A DNA stretch of 64,000 nt from Stylophora pistillata (lineage: Eukaryota): NCBI RefSeq assembly GCF_002571385.2, contig NW_019217861.1, positions 35,108 through 99,107 of the forward strand, given 5' to 3'. The notes under the pieces were generated by a model. That model saw nothing but the letters and a program-made list of their open reading frames with translations. It was not told the DNA's origin and searched no databases. Of the stretch, positions 1-18,469 are shown piece by piece. The translations under genes were made by a program, and so were the position numbers. The first letter of the stretch is position 1. Each line of letters begins with the position of its first letter.

Positions 1-250
1 CTTTTCATTCCACTAATTTATTCTTGTTTTTCTCGTTGCCATGTTCCCACCAATAACGTAGCTCCATTTTCTGCCTTTAAAAGCACACACAACCCACAAT
101 TCCTCTATTCGCTCCGACGATGGGTTAACGCTCGAAACGTCAGTTTTTGTAATCGTTACGGTGGCCAATTTACCATTTCAACTTTGTTGATATATCCAAA
201 TTATTTCGTTACCCCCACCGACGCAGCCCCAAACAGTTTCTTTCGAAACT
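1..250 (+). mobile_element. Penelope-like element terminal repeat (pLTR-like) with degenerate minimal hammerhead motif at 111-144
   Basis: Same sequence recurs at 19713-19855 and 35160-35355, and inverted at about 34900-34990. It contains GCT-CCGACGA...CGAAAC-GTC-AG, the layout of PLE minimal type I hammerheads. Confidence 0.6.
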
Positions 251-375
251 ATCAGCCTTTAAACTTTCTAGGTTTATCGTTAGTGAGTGAAACCAGTGAT
301 AATTTAATGAACCTAAAGTTCCAAAAATGTGAAGACTATAGATGAAAAACAGTGCTACGTGGTATCCATTTACTT

Positions 376-3300
376 CTATGACGGCCTCAGCTTCATTTCC
401 GTCCATTTAAGTGAAAGCCTTGATCTGAAATGGTACCAAGTAACCCCTCGCTGATCTTTTGTGTTTCCCAGATATTTTCCGTTCAGATTAGAATAATGGC
501 AGTTATTGTACCACCAGGCACCAGTCCATCGTACAGCACAGTTCAAGTTACTACCTACCCATCTGTCATTATCTCTGTCCTTTGTAGTAAATGTCATGTT
601 GTTATGCCACGATAACGAATCTCCAGAAGTTCCTGAAAAGGAACTCACTTCAAGTCGATACTGAGCCTGCTCATCACCAATGTTAAGCTTTCCATATTTG
701 GCATATGCTTCACCTCCGTTCCAATCTTCCATGTCTACTCGTAGGGAGCTAGGTCTAACAGCCGTCAGTCTGTGGATCTTGTCGTTTCCTAACCAAAACT
801 CACCAGTCAGCTGACCAAAGCCAGCTTTGTAGTCGTTCCATCCCCGATAGAAGTCTACCGAGCCATCCTGTCTTCTCTGAAACACGGTCCAGCCTCCACC
901 GTCAGTGCTCATGTCACAGTAGACATTGAACTGTCCTTTACCTTCTGGGTCAACAGAGTACACTCCACTCTGAGTATGGCCTGCTTTTAACAGATCTGAA
1001 CAATCTAAGGGAGAATTAAAAAAAGGGCGTTTAGTTAACATCAGTTTTACGTATTATTACACAACGCGGGCAGTCAAAGGGCCAATAACTAAAATCAACC
1101 AATCAAAATGCTCTATTGCCGCTCAATATTCTCTCAGTATTGGACCGGGCACTGTCCTGAATGGTCCCGAATGATACCGCACTTGTGTCCCTTTGAACTT
1201 CAGTCGTATAATAAATCTCTTATTTACCAAGCTTGCTCGGGACCGTACTGGAAGAATATCGGCCCTCGGTCTTTTTTGTACGGACCTCGCTGCGCTCGGT
1301 CCGTACTGTCAAGACCTCGGGCCGATATTCTCCCAGTACGGCCATCGCACTTGGTTAATAAGATGTATGTCTATCCTAGTCATTTCTTAACCAGAAAACG
1401 GATCTTGCTGAAATAAAATTAACAAATAGGGAGGCCTTTATGGTACGGTCTGGCNNNNNNNNNNNNNNNNNNNNNNNNTGTTACTCATAAAAACACAAAA
1501 GTTTTTTTAAAAAAAAAAAAAAAAAACTGCTCAGGGCGTGTGTTTTATGAATGAACGACAGCCGAATTCACAGGAACCCGGAGATTGCGCGGAGTGACAG
1601 CGCCATAAAACTCGGCTGCTGTGACTGAAGTGGCCTTATAATTAACGCATCGGAAAGGATATCGGAGCAAACTTTTAGTTGTTCACTGGAAGGGTGGTCG
1701 ATGTAATTTTTGAGATTGGCTTTACGGCGATGACCGGAGATCGCCATGATGAGCTAGCCAAGGTGGACCTTAGCATGATCGCAGTCGCTCTGACACCGTC
1801 ATGATTTGTACGAAGTTCAACAGTTATGCCAGTTTGGAATTATATCTCATCATTCCTGTTTTGCGCTTTTTTGGTTTTGAACACGAATTTTTATATACTA
1901 TACGCGTGTTAGCTGTGATTGATTTTTATTACGTATGTAAGCTTAGAATCTGAGTAAGCGTGAGAACCTTGAAAACTCGGACTGTAGCTAGTTCAGTGAG
2001 TAAGTCTGTTCAGTATTAATTAGTCATTCGTTTAGAATGTTATTTCCTACATGAATTCAAAGTCCGAAGTCATTTAGGTTTAAGGTGTCATGATGAGTTT
2101 CCGAATTCAAGTTGTGACTGTCTTGTCTGACATCCAAGTGGAAGTGCGGCTCACTTTGTCAACTGACCTAGCCTTGAATCCACACAAAAGTTCTTGTTTT
2201 GGCTTACGCAGTCAGAGGTTGACTCAGCTAATCGGAAGCATTAAGTACTGTCGAAAGTCTCGTGAAATTGTTCTTGGTTAGCGTTCTAACAACAAACTGA
2301 TGTTTAATCTCCCAACGTCAGCCAGCTTGGATGCGCACCCATATCCGTCAATAGTGGATATAAGCATGTTATTTAAGGTTAAATTATTGGAGAAGAATGT
2401 AGAAAGTGTACAGAAGTAGAGACAAAATTCCGTTTTAGGAGTGAGTGTTAAGCAGCATAAGCCAGGGAGAATCAGTGTGAGAACCTGAGATTAACCAGAG
2501 TTACACAGATTTAAGTAAAATTCTGTATGAGTAGGATTACTGGAGATCCGAGTTCTTAAATAAAGCAGAAAAAGACAGTTCGAGATTCTTTGTTGCCTTT
2601 CGCTTAGCGTGATGTAGGTCACAGCTAAGAGAACATTTGATAGCGTAACATTTTTTTTTGCCTGTAGTTTTTCTATTAATAGTAATTTCATTTCTCTTAT
2701 CCTAGGTAGTGTCCCACACTTTCGTTAAAGAAACAAACTTCAGTCCCTTTCTGCTTGTCGGGAAAAGAAGTTAAAAGGTCCACTCGTAGCCTACCTCTTG
2801 ATCGTGATACAACTCGAACATTAATTATCGTCTCAATAGGAAACACCTTTGCAATTGTGGCCACGCAGATATAGTTACCAGGATCTTCAATAGTGACATT
2901 TCTTAAGGTAAGCGCCTGGTTTGTCATGTGACTCCTTCCCACGGGTAGCTGAGCACCTTGTCTTTTCCAGCTGATGACTGGCTGTGGATCACCGGTAGCG
3001 CTGCAACTTAACGTCAAAGTGTCACCGACACCAGCAACCACCGTCGAAGGTGGTTTTACAGTGAACCGGGGTAAGGAGACAACAACCAAGAGAGTTCTTT
3101 TTACAACACTTCCCAAAAGATTTCTGGCTGAGCAGAGGTAATTGTCAGAATCACTCTTACGAACGTCAAGAATTTTGATAACACTGCTGTTAAACTGAAC
3201 CCTTCTATGAGGCAGGTGACCAAATGACTTGCTCCAGGTGACTGTAGGACGTGGGTGGCCAGTCACATGACAAGTTGGTAAGGTAACGTCACTTCCCTCA

Positions 3301-6300
3301 ATGGCCTGGAGAGGTCCAGGATATAGGTTAACACGTGGACGAACTATGGGAAAGTAAATATTATTAGTTTTTTTTTAAAATTTTCCAATTCGTGGCGGTC
3401 GCCAGAAAATCAAAGGTGATGGAGTAACTGATGTTCCCGAGAAATCAGTGGTGGAACATACAGAAAACGTTCAATCCGAAAGAGACAGTCTTATGGGCAA
3501 TCAGCTAAAAAGGAGAAGAAATGGTGTCAAACTGGGAAACTTTTGCGGAAGCGCAGAAAAAAAAAATTTGTGCAAAGTTATATAATGATGGATAATTAGA
3601 TTTATAGAAACAGGCCTCTTTCATCCTGTTTCTTGGGTTAATTCCGCTGAAGAGAAACTGTTGGAGCAACTAAGGGACTGGTCATTATTTATCGGGAAGG
3701 GGGGCTGGTGCAAATAGGGGGGCACTATTTTTTATGCATGGCTTAAAGGGGGTGCCATTCAAAAATATGCAAACGGTTTGCCAGGAAAAATGTTAAAAGC
3801 TGCATCTGGATGCCATCAACAAATACCGCCTTTTAAAATAGCTTTATACGTAACCACCATAATCTTGGAAAATATGGAACAAAAAAGGTTAAGCTGGAAG
3901 CAATTAAGGAAAGTATCATCCAAGAACTTGCTAAACGCATTGAGGGAGAGGAGGATTGGAATAGCGACAATCAGTCGTCTTCTGATCCACTCAGTAGTGA
4001 GTCAGAAGACGACTCAGAGGAAGAAGACTGTGTCCTTGCAGAGATTGGTATTTCAAGCTCTGAAGAGGAAGAGGAGTCGACTAAGGAAGAAGAAATGATT
4101 GAGGACACCGAGAACTTAATGTCAATACGACACTTGTCTACACACGGTCTGGGCGAAGAGCAACTCAAATCCAAATTTAAGGTATCTTTAAATAGAATGT
4201 CTATCAGTTCGACATGGTGACTTGATAAATAGATACTTTTTGTTTCATGCATGCCCGAGGACAAGGGAGGATGGGAGGGGGGGGTCAGCAAAAATCATGT
4301 TAAAGTAAAAGGGCGGGTCAGCAAAAATCAAGCATGGCATATTTTACATTGCACCAGTTCCCCCTCCCGATAAAAAATGACCAGTCCCTAAACTTTGATG
4401 ATAAAGAATTCATAGAGCTGTTTTCCTCAGAAAATATGAGATTTGACGTGCTTGCAAAAATATCTTAAAAGTAAGACTTACCGTTGACTTCTAACTGCAC
4501 TGTTGCCTTATCCCCTCCCAGGATATTTGTTGCTGAGCACTGATACAATCCTGAGTCATTTCCCGTCACGTGCCTCAAGAGCAACCTTCCTTCTGAACCC
4601 GCTGATTGAGTAATTTTTGACTGATTGTCCACTTTACTCCATACTAAGGCAGGCTTGGGATTGCCACTAGCTGAGCAATGAAACGAGGCTGATCGACCTT
4701 CGTTAACTGTCAAAGTCGCAGGTGAAACAACTACAGTAGGAGATAAAATGGATTGACCGGGTTCTCCTTTAATTCCCGGCATGCCTGTCCTTCCTCTTTC
4801 TCCTTTCTGTCCTTTGGTTCCAGTCTCTCCCTTTAAGCCTAAGGGTCCTTGGCTGCCTTGCTTTCCTCTCTTTCCTGGTGATCCCATAATTCCCCTATCA
4901 CCTTTATTTCCAGTCTTTCCTTTCTGTCCCCGTCGCCCTCTATTTCCTTTGAGTCCAGGTGGACCAGGAGGGCCTGGTGGACCCGACGTTCACGTGGAAT
5001 CTTTTGAGTGACAGAGTTGCAGTAAAAATTTGGTTATTTTGGCCATTGTTACCTCTTTGTGAAAACGTTCTTTTGTGTTATTGACATTTCGCTTGTTTCT
5101 GTTGAATTTGAGGGATTGCACGTCTACGAGAAAGACAATACGATCTCTAATTACACATTTGTATCATATCGGTATGTGCACAATAGAGAAAAAGTTGTCC
5201 GTCAAAGATATATCACTGAAACGTCATATTTCCATGCATCATCAGAGGAATTTTGCAGAATTTTTACAAACAATTATTTTGATAAACGTTTTCTGCCAGC
5301 CCTTAATATGTAAACAGCTTTTTTAGGTTGTTTTCTAATGAGGAACGGAAACTCTTACGGACAAAATTTAAGAAACTGAGTTTCTATCTCAAACTACTTT
5401 CCCTTTTTTTCAAAAAACAAGTTTTCCTTAAACACATTCACCGGGTAAGGCAGTTGTATGAACATTTTCGCGTTGCGATATATTTGTTTAGAATAAAAAA
5501 TTTTAAAGTGACATCTAGACCATACTGAACTAAATAAATATTTCTCAGAAGAAGTTTTCTGCATGTTGCCGAAAATAACTTGACCTGCCAGCCTTTCAGC
5601 AAACGGGAAGAAGTGAGCCCAGACTCCATTTCTCTATATGTGAGGTAGAATATGCTTTGCAATTTTTCGTGCAAAGCTGAATCGAATACTTGTGATCTGA
5701 AGACATTTGATATCCTTCCTTCAGCTCATATTAAGCCTTATAAAAACGCGTTCAAAAGACTCAATTATTCTGGGATTTGTTTAAAAACTTTTATTACTTG
5801 GCTATCTCTGTTTTCCTTAATTTGTTAGGATTCCCCTCATATTTTGACTTCTAGACTGCGACCTTTTACTAAATTCTTTCAATAATTTCTATTTATGTTT
5901 GTGATCAAAATAGCTTGACCTCGAAACCTTCGATTTGGCTAAAGCTCTGTCGCGTTTCCTTTACGAAGAATTGTTTATGCATGGGTTCCTTACTGGTTTA
6001 CTTTTATTTTAAGTCTCTTCATAATCTTACGCCGTCTTATTTTCAAGATCTACTCGTTCGTCATCGTCACAGGTCCCATGCGTTAACCTCGATCGTCATC
6101 CTCTCAACGCTTATCTCGTCCAAATTATCAGTAACTTGATGACTTACGGCGCGAGCGCTTTCGCTGCCTCTGCTCGAGAACTCTGGAACTATCTGTCCAA
6201 TGACATAACATCTTGTCACAATTTGGAAACGTTAAAGTCCAAAATTAAGACATTTCTTTCGCCATTTTTTTAGCGACTAAACTATTTCTTTTCTAAGTCA

Positions 6301-6657
6301 TTTTATTTATTTCCGTGTACTACAATGTAAAGTGCATAGAGCCTTCGTATATGCGCTCTATAAATGAGTTGTATTAAAGTAATTCTATCACTTCGAAGAC
6401 AGAGTGTGAACGTACTGTGATAATACATTTTGTTATTGATAAAACTCACCAAGAGAATTTTGGATCACTGCGATGTCTGCGCGGTCGTTCGACTGCGGCT
6501 TGCTCTCTGATTTCATTTCAAGATCATTTAATCTGCTCTTGTGCTGGTTTAACTCCATTTCAACTTTAAGAAACCCGACACAGTAAAATGCAATCGACAA
6601 AACTGAAATGATGGAAGGAAAGGAGGGCAAAGTTTGCTTTTGACCAACCATGACCAT
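376..6657 (-). CDS. Type II membrane/secreted collagen-Ig-fibrinogen-domain protein (FREP/ficolin-like); one in-frame TGA at 4990-4992
   Basis: Four phase-consistent GT-AG exons. 6657-6450: hydrophobic anchor IISVLSIAFYCVGFL plus coiled-coil-like segment. 5123-4482: furin-like RNKR, Gly-X-Y collagen, Ig domain. 3343-2795: two Ig domains. 1004-376: fibrinogen C-terminal domain with VYCDMSTDGGGWTVFQRR, EFWLGN and GAWWYNNC motifs. Confidence 0.85.
1050..1362. repeat. Dispersed non-autonomous repeat with internal inverted repeat
   Basis: Near-identical copy at 47485-47630, truncated by a gap. Internal hairpin CCGTACTGG..GAATATCGGCCC / GGGCCGATATTC..CCAGTACGG. Confidence 0.7.
1479..2650. mobile_element. 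Possible solo LTR in the last intron of the fibrinogen-domain gene
   Basis: Begins TGTTAC right after a gap and ends GTAACA (TG...CA with a 6-bp inverted repeat). No coding capacity. The left TSD is hidden in the gap. Confidence 0.4.
3674..4388. mobile_element. Non-autonomous PIF/Harbinger-type element
   Basis: TIR GGGACTGGTCATT(A/T)TTTATCGGGA at both ends, flanked by TAA target-site duplication at 3671-3673 and 4389-4391. Confidence 0.85.
5990..6380 (+). mobile_element. Degenerate 3' end of L2-like non-LTR retrotransposon
   Basis: Translates to FKSLHNLTPSYFQDLL...YGA.AF...ELWN.L..DI...LKSKIKTFL, typical of L2-group ORF2 C-termini. Confidence 0.6.
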
Positions 6658-7869
6658 TAATTCAATAATTCAGTCCCAACTGAAGAATCTGTTGTCAATT
6701 CCTGCTTGGACAGGTTTATATTCAGATCGCTACGTGATCAGCGAGGTCAGGAAAGTTAGTGTCTCAGCAGTTGTCTCAAGCATTCTAAATAATATCACGT
6801 TTCCTGTTCAATAATCGCACTGGTTTATACAACCACAGGGGACCCAGACAAGCGACGAGTCTGGTTGATTATTCGAAATATAAAGGAATGTATGGGAGAA
6901 TATTGAAGAGTCTTATTATCGTAAACTTATATCATGAAATGTCTGAGTTAAAGCTCAAAATAAATGTAAACCTACCTCACTTGCTGTGTATTGTCGTTTC
7001 TGTGGCTGCCATGACGAATTTGAGCGATTTGGTGGGTTTTGCGTCGACTGTTACTATACGTTATAAGAAGNNNNNNNNNNNNNNNNNNNNNNNNNNNNNN
7101 NNNNNNNNNNNNNNNNNNNNNNNNNNNNNNNNNNNNNNNNNNNNNNNNNNNNNNNNNNNNNNNNNNNNNNNNNNNNNNNNNNNNNNNNNNNNNNNNNNNN
7201 NNNNNNNNNNNNNNNNNNNNNNNNNNNNNNNNNNNNNNNNNNNNNNNNNNNNNNNNNNNNNNNNNNNNNNNNNNNNNNNNNNNNNNNNNNNNNNNNNNNN
7301 NNNNNNNNNNNNNNNNNNNNNNNNNNNNNNNNNNNNNNNNNNNNNNNNNNNNNNNNNNNNNNNNNNNNNNNNNNNNNNNNNNNNNNNNNNNNNNNNNNNN
7401 NNNNNNNNNNNNNNNNNNNNNNNNNNNNNNNNNNNNNNNNNNNNNNNNNNNNNNNNNNNNNNNNNNNNNNNNNNNNNNNNNNNNNNNNNNNNNNNNNNNN
7501 NNNNNNNNNNNNNNNNNNNNNNNNNNNNNNNNNNNNNNNNNNNNNNNNNNNNNNNNNNNNNNNNNNNNNNNNNNNNNNNNNNNNNNNNNNNNNNNNNNNN
7601 NNNNNNNNNNNNNNNNNNNNNNNNNNNNNNNNNNNNNNNNNNNNNNNNNNNNNNNNNNNNNNNNNNNNNNNNNNNNNNNNNNNNNNNNNNNNNNNNNNNN
7701 NNNNNNNNNNNNNNNNNNNNNNNNNNNNNNNNNNNNNNNNNNNNNNNNNNNNNNNNNNNNNNNNNNNNNNNNNNNNNNNNNNNNNNNNNNNNNNNNNNNN
7801 NNNNNNNNNNNNNNNNNNNNNNNNNNNNNNNNNNNNNNNNNNNNNNNNNNNNNNNNNNNNNNNNNNNNG

Positions 7870-8185
7870 GTGGAAATCTTGCTCCATCATTGTTTTCCTT
7901 ATTTCCCCCGAGAGCCATGGTAGTGTGTTGGCACGCACTCGTTTCGTTGCCAGAGGGGCTTGTTTTTCTATTGTTGCGTTGAGCGCAGTTTTAAAAGACT
8001 ACCATGCCTCCTCGACTGTTAAAGATGTTTCTACATTGTCCCAAGAGGCGGATTGCAAATCACTACAAAACTCTTCGCTTGAATAATTCTTAAAATTCCA
8101 GCAAACAATGTTTTTTGCACCAGCCCTGGGCATTTTCACTCGTCTAATAATAAATACAAGCGAATGATCGCTTATAGCGCAATTT
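7870..8185 (-). mobile_element. CR1/L2-group LINE ORF2 fragment (endonuclease-RT linker)
   Basis: Minus frame reads SDHSLVFI...NFKNYSSEEFCSDL...W...EAW*...APL..KRVR...PWLS.EIRK, typical of the region after the APE domain. Confidence 0.7.
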
Positions 8186-8186
8186 A

Positions 8187-8569
8187 GAATAGTAATAGTA
8201 ATAGTAATCAAAGTTTAATGTCTTTACGTGGGGCATGGTTACCCATATTGCCCGAGCCAGAGGCTCATGTATGAAACGCAAGACAACAACCCACCCATCC
8301 CACCCCAGGGGAGGACATCCATCACACAGTAATCTCGTGCGTGGGAAATTAACGTCTCCTACCCCTAACCCTGCAGGAGACGGGACCTCCATTTATTCGT
8401 CCCTATCCGAGAAGACTAGAATATCTAAACCATTTCTTGATGTTATAGAAAGGCAGCATATTCTTCTCAATTATTTTAAGACCTTGAGTGTTGGTCCGGC
8501 CGGGGCTCGAACCCTCGACCTCCCGCACATCAGTCCAGCGCTCTATCAACTCAGCTAACGGGGAGGCGG
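8187..8569 (-). mobile_element. tRNA-derived SINE with Nin/Deu-like core
   Basis: A-box/B-box head (TAGCTGAGTTG..., GGTTCGAGCCC) and core TTCTAGTCTTCTCGGATA. Sister copy at 33282-33544. Confidence 0.75.
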
Positions 8570-9215
8570 TAGGGAAAGGAAATGGACCGAAGTACAGTTA
8601 ACTTGTTCTTGTGAGATTTTTTTATTTTACTTAAATTCGATCTATCACGGGTAAATTCAGTACCGTTACTAACAACTGGCTAAGTAGTAGATTAGTTTTC
8701 GTTTTAGCAATTCACCGCATCTGCAGCAACTTGGTGTAACAAGCGATGAACAAAACGTTCGACTCTTAAACAGGAAAACCAGCGAGAGTAATTTTTATTA
8801 TTTGTTGACCTTGCTATCTGTTAGGAAATAGGCTGCAAAAGTAAGCCCCCGGCTTTTCTCTTCAGATACAATACTTCTTTGTTTGGTTGTTGTTGTTGTT
8901 TTTTGTTTTATATAACATGATAACAGCAACAGCCAATATAGAATTGATTTCTTTTAAGCATATCGATTCTACTTGAGCGTGCATTATGAATGGCCCAGCT
9001 CTTTGGCTCCTTTAATTGGACAGCTCTATGGTACATGAATATCACGTGAACAGCAGTATGCAAGAAAAGTGACTACATGTGATACCACGTTTTGTGATAA
9101 CTAATCTACTTTAAAGCATCAACTTGACCTCCTGAAGTGACCCCATTTTGTGATAGTGTTCTGTGCGTGCCTAACGTAAGTTCGTACTGAAAACAAAGGG
9201 AACATTGATTAGATT

Positions 9216-15835
<6,620 letters not shown>

Positions 15836-17140
15836 AAATGACATTTGCGAGGCAAAGAATTTCAGCCGGTGTGGCTGTAAAAGCGGGGGAAAATATTCTA
15901 GGAAGAATCGAAATGTTTAAAATGGTAATTTTTATAGCTATTTATCAATTGTCTCATGAAGAGAGTCACTAGCTTGGAAAATTGTAAAAGCATTCATTAA
16001 ACTCTTTACTTGAGTCCATTTGGTCCCTTGCTAGTGAATTACTGCGTCCAGTCGAAGCCCCTTTGAAATCCCATCTTCGCCGAGCCAACCCTCTCCCCGG
16101 GAAAAAACGGAAGGGAGGGAAGGTCTGTAAACCTGAAACAAATCGTGTTCTGTGACTTCACTCTTTTGCAAGAAAGTATATAAGGACTTTTTATCGGTTA
16201 ACCGTTTCGTCCGATACTTTCGTGAATTCTGATTGGCTAGGGCTAGCCCTTTTCTTTCATGCCAACGAATAAGATGGTTAACAGAATGCCTTCATAGTTA
16301 AACCTTACAGACAACGGCGTACACGTAGGATAATCTTCGCGGAATGGAAGCTATGCGAGACTCCATCTAGCTAAGGCGGAATATATTTGAAAACAGTGTT
16401 TTTACCATTAAGGCGTAAGTTATGTCTTTCCTATACAGTTGAAGAGGAAAAGTACCGTTCAGATACGGTGGGATGGTCGGTCGCGGGAAGGGGGGAAGAT
16501 GTTCCAGACCCACTCCCATCAGAGGTGTGGGTATTGCAACGGGAAGAAAGCATAGATGACTCCACGACCACTGAAACGTAACCGCAAATGAAGAGGAGGG
16601 GGTGGGGGCGAGGGTTGGTTGAGTGATAATTGCCGAGAAATACAAGATGTATGTGTTCTCAGTTCGATTCTGTACCTCCCCTTCACTCATCAAAATTCGC
16701 GGGTTAAAGCGCACAAAGAATCACCGGTGTTTTCCCTGATTATAGCTGCCGTCATTGTTTTACTTTTGTTTTACGACGCTCAATCGAAAAGATTTGGAAT
16801 TAATCAGATTATTATGTTTGATAAATGTTTCCCCATTTGTCGATCGATCCCCTGTCTCCGGGATCATTTTATGTCAGTCCAGGGTTGTTTTTATTATTTT
16901 TATTCAAACCTTTCGAGAACGCGTACACAGGTTCAGAATTACGACTAATTACTTTTATTATACTTTGAATTGGACGTACCATTACAAACTCTGGCGGAAG
17001 GACTTTTAATTTGTTTTTCTTTATTATCATTTAGATTAAACAAATGCATTGCCTCAGCTTAAGGCCCAAAAATAGTAATAATCACCGAAGAGTATTTCAA
17101 TTAAAGAATACCTTGGCCGGCTTCACAGGCTCTGTAACTT

Positions 17141-17513
17141 ACAGTTAATATCGATAATCTTCACCATTTTTGCTTCCCACCTACCTCAAAACACAGCCGG
17201 CTAAGGGATTTATTGATCAAACAAATCGAACGGCCAGGCATCTGCAGCGAGAAAGGAAGGCCTAATGTTGCAGTCACAAGCAACACTATGTCCTTCACGG
17301 TAAAAATGAATTTTTTAAGAACGTATGATACGTTCTTAAAAAATTCATTTTTACCGTGAAGGACATAGTGTTGCTTGTGACTGCAACATTAGGCCTTCCT
17401 TTCTCGCTGCAGATGCCTGGCCGTTCGATTTGTTTGATCAATAAATCCCTTAGCCGGCTGTGTTTTGAGGTAGGTGGGAAGCAAAAATGGTGAAGATTAT
17501 CGATATTAACTGT
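17141..17513. repeat. Perfect 373-bp palindrome (186-bp arms, 1-nt spacer)
   Basis: ACAGTTAATATCGAT...ACGTAT-G-ATACGT...ATCGATATTAACTGT, centre at 17327. Confidence 0.95.
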
Positions 17514-17917
17514 CTCGTTTATTGCACTCCTCCGTGACACCGTTATCAGATTAGAAACGTCAAAAATTGATCACACAGTGAAAGATTGTCGCCTTGTCAC
17601 TTCCCCTTCGCAAGTAGCCAATAATGTCTGTAGGTTAAGGAACCCCATTGGAGATTCCCATTAAAAGTTCTAAAAATATATATTGGAATAAAATGTGACG
17701 ACATGAGAGCAGATTATCGCGACTTATTCAAAACCTTAAAGTGAATACAATGCATTTTTTGGGATGTATTTACGAAGCAAGTAGGAGCACCCTTTGCTTC
17801 TCGAACTCTTGTTCATGCCAAAGAAAGAAAAATGATTAAAAGAGATTGAAAAAAGAAAAAAAATGCAGACTGTATCTATAGCTTTTCTGCGCGATCTTGA
17901 CGCAGTCAAGTTTAATA

Positions 17918-18469
17918 TCACATGAGAAATCGATCCTTGAGGGTTTGTTCAATCACTAGTGCCTTACGCCTCTTGTGCAAACTAATTCCACCCTGGACGA
18001 TCTCCTTTTCCATCTCCTCACAAATACTTCCTCTTCTAGATAGAACATCACTAAAAGAATTGCGATAACCTTCTGGAACGCTATCCAAACTCTTTCCACG
18101 GTCAAGTTCTGTTCTATCGTTCTTCTCCTGAGATGATGAACGTTGACGACAAGGCAAATCGCTTTGTTGGCTTCCTTGCAACATCTCCGCGTCATCCATC
18201 GATCTCTCGGATTTAAGAACTCTGTTTTTCTTTGTTGGTGTGTCGTGGGTCAAGCTCATCCACCTTTGTTTAGAAAGCTTCAGACTTCCTTTAAATAGTC
18301 GTCTTTTTTGGCGTTCGGTATTGATCTGATAGCTCGATTTTTCACCGTTAACATCTGTCTGTGAAAACTCCATTTTTTTCTCCCTGTCTTCGCTCGCGGC
18401 TGAACAAGTTTCAAGCATCGGTGTTTCACAATTTTGTTTCTCTTGATGAGAGTCCTCGTCTGTGGCCAT
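17918..18469 (-). CDS. Intronless uncharacterised 183-aa protein, likely disordered
   Basis: Open frame from AAGATGG (good initiation context). Ser/Glu/Lys/Arg-rich with RRGS and a basic C-terminal block. No family recognised. Confidence 0.6.
   Translation of the reverse strand: MATDEDSHQEKQNCETPMLETCSAASEDREKKMEFSQTDVNGEKSSYQINTERQKRRLFKGSLKLSKQRWMSLTHDTPTKKNRVLKSERSMDDAEMLQGSQQSDLPCRQRSSSQEKNDRTELDRGKSLDSVPEGYRNSFSDVLSRRGSICEEMEKEIVQGGISLHKRRKALVIEQTLKDRFLM

Noticed and set aside
6888-7982. Long ORFs spanning N-runs (also 37534-38778, 47542-47970, 33526-33797)
   Set aside because: Artefacts of translating gaps.
16548-16585. Hammerhead-like TAGATGA...GAAACGTA
   Set aside because: The core is not CUGANGA and stems I and II do not pair convincingly.
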